Part shown: positions 1 through 8,780 of the stretch, piece by piece
How the letters are laid out: each line of letters opens with the position of its first letter
Numbering within the stretch: the stretch's first letter is position 1
Source of the DNA: Candidatus Hodarchaeota archaeon
GTDB lineage: Archaea; Asgardarchaeota; Heimdallarchaeia; Hodarchaeales; Hodarchaeaceae
DNA length: 32,512 bases
Assembly: GCA_016839785.1 (NCBI GenBank)
Contig: JAEOTQ010000119.1
Span: 1-32,512, forward strand
Direction of reading: 5' to 3'
Notes under the pieces: generated by a model
The model's input: only the letters and a program-made list of their open reading frames with translations
Database searches by the model: none
What the model was told of the DNA's origin: nothing
Position numbers and translations under genes: made by a program

Positions 1-885
1 ACAGATCTAGTAAAATATTCTGGGCACCTTATTGGGGGATTCCAAGCAGAGAAATTCAGTAAGGGTTTTGCGGGAGCTGTTTGGTGGTTCATAAATCTCT
101 ACTATAACAGATCAGATGTTGTTGTAACGCCTTCAAAGACTCTTCAACATGACCTTATTGCGCATGGGTTGAAACCACCGGTTTACTCACTTCCAAATAT
201 GATCTCAGAGGTATTTTTTAATCTTAAAAAAACGCAAACGGATTTGGAGGAATTTGGTTCCTCGATCAGAAAGAAATTCTCCATCCCTGAAAACCATCGG
301 ATTATAACTTATTGTGGACGGGTTTCTTTTGAGAAAAAACTTGAAATTGTACTAGAAGGGTTTAAGGACGTTGAAAAGTCACATAGAGATGTTACTCTAC
401 TAATAATTGGGGATGGCCCTCATTTAAAGGCGTATAGAAAGCAGGCAGAAAAACTAGGTTTGCAAAATGTTGTTTTTACTGGTTTCATTGCACATACAAA
501 ACTTCTGTACTACTACCAAATGGGAGAGTTTATGGTGACGCCTAGTGATACTGAAACTCAAGGACTTACTGTAATAGAGGCAATGAGCCAATCAAAGCCC
601 GTTATTGGGGTAAATGAAGGTGGAGTAAAGGATTACATCAAAGATTACAAAAATGGAATTCTAGTGGAACCAAATAATGTTGAAGAGTTTAAAAGAGCCA
701 TCCTTTATTTATTAGACAATCCATCTGAGACGATAAAAATGGGAAATATAGCAAAAACGTCTGTGATGAAATGTTCTCCCGAAGGATTTTCAGAAAAGCT
801 CAATAAAACATTTGAAATTGCCTTTGAACGTTATATCCTTTTGTTTTGGGCAACCTCAATTCTTATAGCGGAATACGAAAATTGA
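1..885 (+). CDS. Glycosyltransferase family 4 (GT-B), 5' end truncated by window
   Basis: Frame is open from base 1 (TDLVKYSGH...YYNRSDVVVTPS) and continues into the 169..885 ORF; GT4 motifs CGRVSFEK, IIGDGP and ETQGLTVIEAM (EX7E). Confidence 0.9.
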   Translation, partial: TDLVKYSGHLIGGFQAEKFSKGFAGAVWWFINLYYNRSDVVVTPSKTLQHDLIAHGLKPPVYSLPNMISEVFFNLKKTQTDLEEFGSSIRKKFSIPENHRIITYCGRVSFEKKLEIVLEGFKDVEKSHRDVTLLIIGDGPHLKAYRKQAEKLGLQNVVFTGFIAHTKLLYYYQMGEFMVTPSDTETQGLTVIEAMSQSKPVIGVNEGGVKDYIKDYKNGILVEPNNVEEFKRAILYLLDNPSETIKMGNIAKTSVMKCSPEGFSEKLNKTFEIAFERYILLFWATSILIAEYEN

Positions 886-989
886 TTAACCCCTCTATGT
901 TCCGCCAAAAACGTTCGAGAGTAATGATTTTTCTTTTAGAAATGTTCTAAACTGACAGACTAGAGATTATAAGGGATATGTAAGAATCA

Positions 990-2345
990 ATGAGTTCCAA
1001 TGCTACATTCACTCCGTCTCCAGATAAAGACACAGAGTCTGTTAAAAGACCGTCAGAGAGAATGGAGAAGATCCCAATTTATACCACCAGCATAGCTTGG
1101 GCTGCAGGAAGATCATCGATATTTACATATCTTTCGTATTTTGGCGTTGTTATCGGTGCAAGTCCCTTAGAACAGTCAATTCTCACATCTGTCAGAAATT
1201 TGGGTTCAAATATATTCCAATCTATTTGGGGCTGGCTTGCGGATTTGAGAGGTCGCAAATTAGTTATGACGATTGGATTAGCAACGTTAGCTCTTACCAT
1301 CTTCCTTACTCCATTTGTTACTAACCCATTTGAACTTGTATTAATTTCAATCATTATGACTTCACTTGGGTTTAGCTTTATTCCAGCATGGATTGCATTT
1401 CTTGGTGATTACGCTTCAGAAGAAAAACGGGCTTCATTTATTGGATTTATAAACTCAATCGGTACCTTAAGCTCCCTCTTTGTCATTCTCCTCTTGGGAT
1501 GGTGGATGGATAGTACACCTTTCCCATTCCCTACAGAAATAGCTATCTATGCAGAAAGTAAACCAGTTTTCTTTATTCCTTTTATAACAGGAGCCATTAT
1601 CTTCACAATTGCATTATTCAGCGAATTGTTCCTTAAAGAAAAATATACGGCACGTAATAGAGCAGTAATTCGTGATGAACTCCATCTTTCAACTAGAAAC
1701 CTGATTGACAGAAATGCACCTTTTAAAAGACTTCTCCCCATTAATTCCTTCTTTAAATTTTGTATGAGTATGGCTTGGCCTATTTTTCCATTTGTAACTC
1801 TCAGGGTTGCGCACACTTGGTTGGAAGTTTCGATTTTATGGGCAGTATTTAATTTACCTAGGGGTCTTGGTCAATCTTTTGGTGGGATAATTGCTGATCG
1901 TTTTGGAAAAAAAATAGTAATTATTCTCTCCCGTTTTGGGTACGCCATCGTTCCTTTTGGATACGCGGTTGGATTAGTTACAGGTAATGTTTGGTTTCTC
2001 CTTCTGGTGAATATTCCAGGAGGATTTGCATTCGGTGCGGAGGATACTGCAATTTCGTCTTACTCACTTGATTGTTCTACTGTAGATACACGTGCACGTT
2101 ATTACTCCATTTTACTCACATTTGAAGGCGTTTTTGCATTTACGGGGTCTTTATTCGCTGGATTATTAATGGAAATTCTATTGTCAATGTTACATATCAC
2201 AGATAAAGATCCTGGATTTGAAAATGTACTCATGATTCTTCTTCTTCTTATCACTGCACTAAGAATAATCGGAGCTGTGTTCCACAAATATATTTATTCC
2301 AATCCTTTAGATTTCGAGCTTGAAAAACAACTAGGAACCTTTTAG
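990..2345 (+). CDS. MFS transporter
   Basis: About 12 hydrophobic segments; MFS motif A in both halves (GWLADLRGRK, GIIADRFGKK). Confidence 0.9.
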   Translation: MSSNATFTPSPDKDTESVKRPSERMEKIPIYTTSIAWAAGRSSIFTYLSYFGVVIGASPLEQSILTSVRNLGSNIFQSIWGWLADLRGRKLVMTIGLATLALTIFLTPFVTNPFELVLISIIMTSLGFSFIPAWIAFLGDYASEEKRASFIGFINSIGTLSSLFVILLLGWWMDSTPFPFPTEIAIYAESKPVFFIPFITGAIIFTIALFSELFLKEKYTARNRAVIRDELHLSTRNLIDRNAPFKRLLPINSFFKFCMSMAWPIFPFVTLRVAHTWLEVSILWAVFNLPRGLGQSFGGIIADRFGKKIVIILSRFGYAIVPFGYAVGLVTGNVWFLLLVNIPGGFAFGAEDTAISSYSLDCSTVDTRARYYSILLTFEGVFAFTGSLFAGLLMEILLSMLHITDKDPGFENVLMILLLLITALRIIGAVFHKYIYSNPLDFELEKQLGTF

Positions 2346-2456
2346 GTATTATTTGCTGCGATTGGTATTATTTGCATATTATGTGTGCTATTAATGCGAA
2401 AAAGAAGTATTATCAATAACTCAATATTGAAATAATATTTAGGAGGCATCGATGAG

Positions 2457-3071
2457 ATGAGTATCTTATCACGATTATTTGCACGGAGTCGAAAAACTCG
2501 AGTCACAATAGGAATCCTAGGAGCCCCTAATGCAGGAAAGACAACTCTTGCAAACCGTATTTCCAATGAATGTGGAAACGGTGAACCACTTGGTGTGGTA
2601 AGCCCAGTTCCTCATGAAACACGTGATTGCAAAGCTCTCGAACATTGTGTTATTAGCGATCAGAACGGATCACTAGATTTAACCATTGTCGACACTCCAG
2701 GTATTGCCACGTCAATAGACTATAGGGAATTCCAACAACATGGTTTAACAAGGCAAGATAGTATTCAACGAGCAAAAGAAGCAACTAGAGGAGTAATAAA
2801 AGCTATTCAAAGCTTAGATAAGATGGATGCGGCAATAGTAGTGGTTGACGCTGCTCGTGCACCATTTGATCAAATTAATTGGACTGTGATAGGAAATCTT
2901 GAAGCAAGACGGATCCCAATCATTGTTGCGGCTAATAAATCTGATTTAACTGAAGCCGATCCCGAACTTGTCAAAGAAACTTTCCAAAGTGATATTATTC
3001 CAATTTCAGCAAAAGATGGAACTGGAATGAATGAATTGTATGGAAGTATCCTATCTGTGTCAGGAATGTGA
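2457..3071 (+). CDS. arvA: Archaeal Era-like small GTPase, OapA/ArvA family
   Basis: G1 GAPNAGKT, G2 PHETR, G3 DTPG, G4 NKSD, G5 ISA; family-typical stretch RAKEATRGVIKAI and 'PFDQINWTVIGNLEARRIP'; SD AGGAGG upstream; followed by OapB- and OapC-like genes. Confidence 0.85.
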   Translation: MSILSRLFARSRKTRVTIGILGAPNAGKTTLANRISNECGNGEPLGVVSPVPHETRDCKALEHCVISDQNGSLDLTIVDTPGIATSIDYREFQQHGLTRQDSIQRAKEATRGVIKAIQSLDKMDAAIVVVDAARAPFDQINWTVIGNLEARRIPIIVAANKSDLTEADPELVKETFQSDIIPISAKDGTGMNELYGSILSVSGM

Positions 3072-3074
3072 GAG

Positions 3075-3392
3075 GTGCAAAAAGTGGACTTACGTATCAA
3101 TTTCGTGACGGAAAACACAACACGAAAAATGAACAGCACCCAGAAATGTGATTTTATAATTTCAAAACTTAAAACTGATTGTGTTTTGGTTTTTGAAGGC
3201 GGTCTTAATCCTGAAGAAGAAGCTGCTTTGATAGAGGAAGCTATGACTCAAATAGATCACCAAGAATTCTTGGGATATAAAATCCTTAATCCTACACCTC
3301 TCAGAATGAATGGACTGTTCAGTCGGAAGAACGTCAGAATGACGGTCATCGCTCCGTATAACTATGAACATCTCTCAATTGCGCTGGTCTAA
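3075..3392 (+). CDS. arvB: OapB/ArvB family protein (DUF2073)
   Basis: VLVFEGGLNPEEEAALIEEAMTQIDHQEFLG and MTVIAP resemble DUF2073; starts 3 nt after arvA. Confidence 0.8.
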   Translation: MQKVDLRINFVTENTTRKMNSTQKCDFIISKLKTDCVLVFEGGLNPEEEAALIEEAMTQIDHQEFLGYKILNPTPLRMNGLFSRKNVRMTVIAPYNYEHLSIALV

Positions 3393-3407
3393 TTTGACGG
3401 TGGATTT

Positions 3408-3755
3408 ATGGCATTAACTAGTGGAGAGGTCAATTTAAGCCGCTATCGTTGTGCAAAATGCGATCGTACTCCAGAAAAAGCGAATGAGCTCTTCACTGGA
3501 TGTTCATGTGGACATCGACTTTTTCGGTTACGTTTACAACCTTCAGCTAGTAAAAGAGCTTCTATTCCTCTTGATAAGACAACTTATTCAAAGGAAGATA
3601 TGGAGTTTCTTACAATTCGTGAGAGACAGATTGGTATTTATGATATAAATGTGGACAAATTACTCAAACGTGAACCTCAAAAGAAAAAATCTCCTGTTAT
3701 TGCTGGAAATAATGGAGTATATTCAATTCGTCTTGATTCCGTGTCAAAAGAATAG
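3408..3755 (+). CDS. arvC: OapC/ArvC family Zn-ribbon protein (DUF2072)
   Basis: CAKC...GCSCGHRLF Zn ribbon, then IRERQIGIYDINVDKLL and GVYSIRL; third gene of the operon. Confidence 0.8.
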   Translation: MALTSGEVNLSRYRCAKCDRTPEKANELFTGCSCGHRLFRLRLQPSASKRASIPLDKTTYSKEDMEFLTIRERQIGIYDINVDKLLKREPQKKKSPVIAGNNGVYSIRLDSVSKE

Positions 3756-3772
3756 TTTCTCTTCTTAGTCTC

Positions 3773-4459
3773 TTAGGCCTTTACTAATTTAATTTCTCCT
3801 GAGACTTCGTTGAAAGCCACGACACCTAAACCATGAAGTAAGCGTAGATGTTTACGAATTATGATCGGGGCGAATTGTAACTCTGATGCTATGGTTTCTC
3901 TAGCGAGAGACTTCTTTTTAGAATTCTCAAAATAATCGACAATGAACATGGTGATTTTCCCCAATTCGGTTTCCTGCAACACTGTTCGTATAAGAATATC
4001 TTGTGCATGCGTGCTAGATGATTCTCGACTCAAATCCGCACTTACTTGGCCATATTGGTCTTCCATTCGCTTGATTTCTTCTTGGAGTTGTCTTTGAATT
4101 GCCAAATGACTTGCTTCTATACCTTCAATCTCATTTTCGGTGTCTTGAAGTAGCTGTTGCATTTTAGCAATTTGTTGCAAATATGATTCGACGGTTACCT
4201 CGTGTTGTTTAATAATTTCAGACATTTCTCCTATCTGTTTTTCCAGTTCTGCATTTTCAGCAGTTTTTACTTCAGATTTTGCTTTCTCTGCTTGAAGGTC
4301 AGTTTTGACATCACTGAGAACGTCTTGACTTTCTTGAAGTTGCTTTTCAAGATTAGTGGTGTCGCTAATTGCCTCATTGAGTTTATCCTGTGAATGATCT
4401 TTCATGCGCTCTAATTCTTCACGTAAATCATTAATAATGATGTCTTTCTCATCTTGCAT
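3773..4459 (-). CDS. Long coiled-coil protein with C-terminal winged-helix-like domain
   Basis: About 150 aa of E/Q/K-rich heptads followed by ETIASELQFAPIIIRKHLRLLHGLGVVAF (wHTH pattern). Confidence 0.7.
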   Translation of the reverse strand: MQDEKDIIINDLREELERMKDHSQDKLNEAISDTTNLEKQLQESQDVLSDVKTDLQAEKAKSEVKTAENAELEKQIGEMSEIIKQHEVTVESYLQQIAKMQQLLQDTENEIEGIEASHLAIQRQLQEEIKRMEDQYGQVSADLSRESSSTHAQDILIRTVLQETELGKITMFIVDYFENSKKKSLARETIASELQFAPIIIRKHLRLLHGLGVVAFNEVSGEIKLVKA

Positions 4460-4487
4460 AAAAAACCACTAAGACTATGTCTGAAAT

Positions 4488-4509
4488 TTTGAGTTAGGAG
4501 ATACTCAAA
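4488..4509. promoter_or_regulatory. Inverted repeat, candidate operator
   Basis: TTTGAGT-N8-ACTCAAA, 29-50 nt upstream of the coiled-coil/wHTH gene start. Confidence 0.3.
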
Positions 4510-4722
4510 GGTGAATGTTTTAGAGTTTTTGATATTTTTAAATTATCGGGTTTCAAACATAAAGTCATCCAATATTCCATTTTCTGAAAATCTAAGAAAA
4601 CTCTTAAAAAGATGAATTTTAACCCCTCCCTGTAAGAGTATAAAGGACGATTGAATCTTTGGGGGAAGCATGAAGTACTTCCGTGAATCATCAACCCTTA
4701 TTTCTATACAACTTAAATCTAG

Positions 4723-4944
4723 GTGATAATACTGATTATACAAAAAGATACAACTACAATAGAGAGTGATCTCCCTAAAGTTGATTCACAGGAATGTCAA
4801 TACTGTGGGAAACCTGCTATATGTAACTCATATACGTGCTATAAGAAAAAACATACAACGAGTAGCCATGATTATGATTGTGCTACATGTGAAGAACGTC
4901 TCTGTCAGCGTCATTGGCGACTCTACTTTAGGAAAAATGTTTGA
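4723..4944 (+). CDS. Small Cys/His-rich zinc-finger protein
   Basis: 7 Cys + 3 His in the pattern C-x2-C-x5-C-x4-C-x4-H-x4-H-x3-C-x2-C-x4-C-x2-H; exact start uncertain (AGGTGA overlaps the called GTG). Confidence 0.6.
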   Translation: MIILIIQKDTTTIESDLPKVDSQECQYCGKPAICNSYTCYKKKHTTSSHDYDCATCEERLCQRHWRLYFRKNV

Positions 4945-5087
4945 TAGAATGTGGCCAAATATCTCTTCCAAAAAAAACCGTAGAATTTTTAACCCTTGAG
5001 GTTTTGTAGTAGGCCAAAGCATTTATCTCAAGGAAAATTAATAATTTTTAAAGATAACAAGACGACCTTGTCGGAGTATCATCGTAG

Positions 5088-6239
5088 ATGTCAGAATGGA
5101 GCGCTATTGTCTTAGCAGGGGGAATCGGATCAAGATTAAGACCATTAACTAGTAATATCCCCAAACCATTAGTACCTGTGGCGAACAAGCCCATGATCGA
5201 CTATAACTTGGAGCTATTACGTAATGCAGGGATAACAGGGAAGATTGCGATTATTACAAGATATATGAGGGAGGAAATTATTCAATATTTCAAAGATAAT
5301 GACCATTTTAATGATTTAGACATAGTACTGCCAGTTTTTGATCCATTAGACACTGCGGATGCAGTAAGAAAGGCAGCAAATTATATTGATACTGAAAATT
5401 TTATTGTTTCAATGGCCGACATTGTAACAAACATTCCCCTGCAGGATTTCATGGCTTTTCACGTTGAAAAAGGGGGCATTGCGAGTATAACACTGAAAGA
5501 TGTAGCACATCCAAGAGCATTCGGGGTCATCATGCTTAACCAGGGTTCACGAATTTTATTATTCCTGGAAAAACCAATTCCTCAGGAACTGAGTTTAGCT
5601 ACCTTAACCTTCTCGAAGAAGGAAACAATACGATTTCAATCGAATTTAGTAAATACAGGAATCTACGCGTTCAAACATGATGTTTTAGAGATCCTTGAAT
5701 CATTGGATGATCTTATGGACTTCGGAAAAGATGTGTTTCCTTACTTAGCCCGAGAATATGGGATCTATGGATATGCACGTCGAGACTACTATTGGATGGA
5801 TGCGGGGAATCCCCAAACCTATTTGTACACAAACTGGGATGTCCTTAGAAGATGGGCCTTCCCGTATTTTCCAAGAGCCACATCAGAAGAAAATAATGTC
5901 TGGATTAATCACAACCATCCTTCCCTCCCAAGTGGGAGTATTATTGATCCACCTGCGGCATTTGGCAATGATATCACAATTGGTAATAATACACGTATAA
6001 AATCTCAGACCGTGATTGGGGATCGAGTCACAATAGGGGATAATTGCGAAATAGAAGCCTCTGTAATTTGGGATGATGTAATAATTGAAGATAATGTAAA
6101 AATTAAAAATAGCGTCATTTGTAATGGGGTACTTATTACTACAGGCTCTCAATTGAACGAAGGTACAGTAATAGGCCCGAATTTTACGAGTAGTGAGGCA
6201 TTGATCTCTGAGAAAAACCAAACTTTTGTTAAGAATTAA
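5088..6239 (+). CDS. NDP-sugar pyrophosphorylase (mannose-1-phosphate guanylyltransferase-like)
   Basis: LAGGIGSRLRPLT...PKPL signature, FLEKP, DFGKDVFP, YWMDAG and C-terminal hexapeptide (left-handed beta-helix) repeats. Confidence 0.9.
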   Translation: MSEWSAIVLAGGIGSRLRPLTSNIPKPLVPVANKPMIDYNLELLRNAGITGKIAIITRYMREEIIQYFKDNDHFNDLDIVLPVFDPLDTADAVRKAANYIDTENFIVSMADIVTNIPLQDFMAFHVEKGGIASITLKDVAHPRAFGVIMLNQGSRILLFLEKPIPQELSLATLTFSKKETIRFQSNLVNTGIYAFKHDVLEILESLDDLMDFGKDVFPYLAREYGIYGYARRDYYWMDAGNPQTYLYTNWDVLRRWAFPYFPRATSEENNVWINHNHPSLPSGSIIDPPAAFGNDITIGNNTRIKSQTVIGDRVTIGDNCEIEASVIWDDVIIEDNVKIKNSVICNGVLITTGSQLNEGTVIGPNFTSSEALISEKNQTFVKN

Positions 6240-6272
6240 GGAATTATATTATCCAGGACGGAAGTCTGAATC

Positions 6273-7676
6273 ATGTTGAAAGAAATTGAACGATTAACTA
6301 AAGGTGGACGAATTACTGCATTCTCAAATACTGAATTAACTCCAGAACTTTCTGCCCTACTAGGAGGCGCTATGGGAACACTTCTAGATCCTAATGCTGT
6401 AGTGATGATAGGTCGAGACTATAGACGAGATACTCGGATGTTAAAACGGTCATTTTCTGGGGGCCTTCTTTCAGCTGGAATCGAATTAATAGACCTTCAC
6501 GGAATACCTACAAGTATCTTACAATTTGCGGTGAGACGGTATGGTGCAGATGCAGGCGTTATGCTCACTCGAAGCCACAATCTTGCAGGTATGGTGTCCA
6601 TAAAACTATTTGAGGCAACTGGAATCGAATTTGAAAGCAGTCAAGTTGCAAAAATTGTAAATATTGCGAAATCTGGAGAATTAAGACGAGTCGCTGCACC
6701 TGATGTGGGATGGATAAGTGTAGCTGATGCAATGAAGGTCTATGATAGGGCATTAGCAGGTTTTTTCGCCTCTAGCAAGGAATCCATGAAGGAGGCCAAT
6801 CTACGAGTAGTAGTTGATTGTGCCTGTGGCCCAGCGTCAAGAATTATGCCTGATTTACTCAGTGAGTTTGGATGTCAAGTTATTACTCTTAATGCACATA
6901 GACCGAGAAATCCGCTCTTTTTACCTAACCCAAGCTCTTTAGTGCGATTAAGGGAAATGGTTCGCGCAATTGGTGCAGATCTAGGTATTGCTTTAGACGC
7001 AGAGGCTCGTCATGCAATTATAATTGATAGTCAAGGCCGTATTCGAACTGCTGAGGAAACAGCATCAGTTAATTTGCATTCACGTTATGATCCACGCTCT
7101 AATGCCACTGTAGTTATTGGCAGCTCAGTCCACCCCTCGGTTTATCACGATTTACACAAAAATATAATATTTTCAGGTCATGGAGAACCCGGAGGAATCG
7201 GTCGGGCGGTTCTAGAACATAGAGCAATCTACGGATTTAATGATACTGGCTTATTTGTTTTACCTGTGTTTTCGCCCGGATCGGATGCTATTGTTGCATC
7301 ATTTACTGTCCTTTCTCAAATGGCGAAATCACATCTTAAATCAACGGATATTTATCGAAATCATCAAGTGTTTGCTCAAAGAACTGCAGAAGTAACATTT
7401 CCGATAGAAAAAATGTTTGAATTCTTTAAATCTGTATTAAATGAGCAACCACAAGATTTTCGTGTAATCGACACCTTCATTGGAATTAAACTCATTACCA
7501 ACGAGAATGAATGGATTCATCTACACTTGGCAACAGAGGATAATACATTACAAATTGAAGTGTATGACCCTAAAGAAAATCTAGATCGTCAAACTGAGCT
7601 GATTGCTTTAGCACGAAATCTTGTTGATACTTTTCTTCAAAATAGGTCTAGCTCTCTTGCTCGCTGGGAAAACTAA
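6273..7676 (+). CDS. Phosphomannomutase/phosphoglucomutase-family protein with degenerate active-site loops
   Basis: ELTPE, IGRDYR, TRSHN phosphoserine loop, VVVDCACG, ADLGIALD; metal loop reads DAEARH instead of DxDxDR. Confidence 0.85.
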   Translation: MLKEIERLTKGGRITAFSNTELTPELSALLGGAMGTLLDPNAVVMIGRDYRRDTRMLKRSFSGGLLSAGIELIDLHGIPTSILQFAVRRYGADAGVMLTRSHNLAGMVSIKLFEATGIEFESSQVAKIVNIAKSGELRRVAAPDVGWISVADAMKVYDRALAGFFASSKESMKEANLRVVVDCACGPASRIMPDLLSEFGCQVITLNAHRPRNPLFLPNPSSLVRLREMVRAIGADLGIALDAEARHAIIIDSQGRIRTAEETASVNLHSRYDPRSNATVVIGSSVHPSVYHDLHKNIIFSGHGEPGGIGRAVLEHRAIYGFNDTGLFVLPVFSPGSDAIVASFTVLSQMAKSHLKSTDIYRNHQVFAQRTAEVTFPIEKMFEFFKSVLNEQPQDFRVIDTFIGIKLITNENEWIHLHLATEDNTLQIEVYDPKENLDRQTELIALARNLVDTFLQNRSSSLARWEN

Positions 7677-7708
7677 TTCTTATTTCGTATAGGTAAGAAA
7701 TGAAATGT

Positions 7709-7823
7709 AGCTCGGGTACAATAGAAGCGCATTTACAAATTATTAAATATTATAGATGGTGAGGTGTACTGAGGACACCTACATATTAAGTGTAATTATG
7801 ATTCCTGTGTCCGAGTTGAAACA
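7709..7823 (+). ncRNA. Candidate structured RNA or 5' leader hairpin
   Basis: 12-bp basal helix (7709-7720 with 7806-7817, 3 G-U pairs), nested stems and apical AGGTGT/ACACCT hairpin. Confidence 0.3.
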
Positions 7824-7826
7824 ATC

Positions 7827-8780
7827 GTGCAAGAATATCCAAGAAAACGTATTCCTATTGTTATTGTCGGACTAGAGTTTGCAGGGAAAACCTCATTCGT
7901 ATTGCGTCTCCAAACTGGTGAATTTGTTAATACACTTCCGACCTCAGGACTTGATACAGAAATTCTCGAAATTCAAGGCACGTTTTTCCAGCTATTCGAT
8001 CTTGGAGGCCACGAGCGATTCCGACACATGTTTTGGAAAGAGTATGTAAAGCTTTCACAAGGAATTGTTTTCATGATCGATGCAAGCGATCTTGAAAAAC
8101 TCGATGATGCAGTAGAATGGCTGTGGAAATGTTTAGAATGGAATCTAGAAGCACCTCTAGTGATTCTAGCAAATAAAGCAGATTTAACTCACATAGAATT
8201 ACCAAAATTAATAGACAAGGTTAATCTTAGGAAATTACCACGCCAAAGTCCCACTCGATCTTTTCAAATCTTTGAAATTTCTGTGAAGACTGGAATGAAT
8301 ATAGATCGGGCATTAAATTGGTTCTCTCAAAAAATTGCAGTTTCTCTCTCAAAAAAATACATTAAACTTGAAGGAATCTATCTTTTTCTTCGTACAGGAG
8401 TACCTATCGTATCTCATCTATTTATGGATCAACCAGAAGAAGCGATGGATAATGACATTGTTCCTGGATTTCTGAACGCAATAAATGAATTTGCAAGTGG
8501 TGTGATGGGCGGCAGTGAGGGATTAAGTTCCTTGACTACAGAGAAGCATTCTATAGTAATGGTTAAACACGAAACACTCCTATGTGCTATTATAACTGAC
8601 CTCGAATCGGATCTGTCTGTTGCACGGATGGTAGCTGAATCAGTAGTTATGCATCTCGAAAAAGCTTATCCAAATCAACTCCTTAAGTATCAATCAAAAG
8701 GTAAATTCCTTTTTCCTGAGAATTTCCTTGTAGATTATCTACAGCAAGAGTTCAACGAGAATGTAGTGATTTCTACTTAA
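7827..8780 (+). CDS. Arf/Sar1-like small GTPase fused to C-terminal longin/roadblock-like domain
   Basis: G1 GLEFAGKT, G2 LPTSG, G3 FDLGGH, W in FWKEY, G4 ANKAD, G5 ISVK; C-terminal GVPIVSH...GFLNAINEFA...LLCAIITD pattern typical of Asgard longin/roadblock domains. Confidence 0.85.
   Translation: MQEYPRKRIPIVIVGLEFAGKTSFVLRLQTGEFVNTLPTSGLDTEILEIQGTFFQLFDLGGHERFRHMFWKEYVKLSQGIVFMIDASDLEKLDDAVEWLWKCLEWNLEAPLVILANKADLTHIELPKLIDKVNLRKLPRQSPTRSFQIFEISVKTGMNIDRALNWFSQKIAVSLSKKYIKLEGIYLFLRTGVPIVSHLFMDQPEEAMDNDIVPGFLNAINEFASGVMGGSEGLSSLTTEKHSIVMVKHETLLCAIITDLESDLSVARMVAESVVMHLEKAYPNQLLKYQSKGKFLFPENFLVDYLQQEFNENVVIST

Noticed and set aside
3773-4459. CdvB/ESCRT-III assignment for the coiled-coil + wH protein
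   Set aside because: The coil is uniformly acidic, lacks the basic-then-acidic Snf7 pattern and a MIM motif, and no Vps4 is adjacent.
4994-5033. CCTTGAG...CTCAAGG inverted repeat
   Set aside because: Only about 7 bp with a long spacer; within chance expectation.
2346-5087. Replication origin near oapABC, as in haloarchaea
   Set aside because: No orc1/cdc6 gene in the window and no repeated ORB-like boxes in the intergenic gaps.
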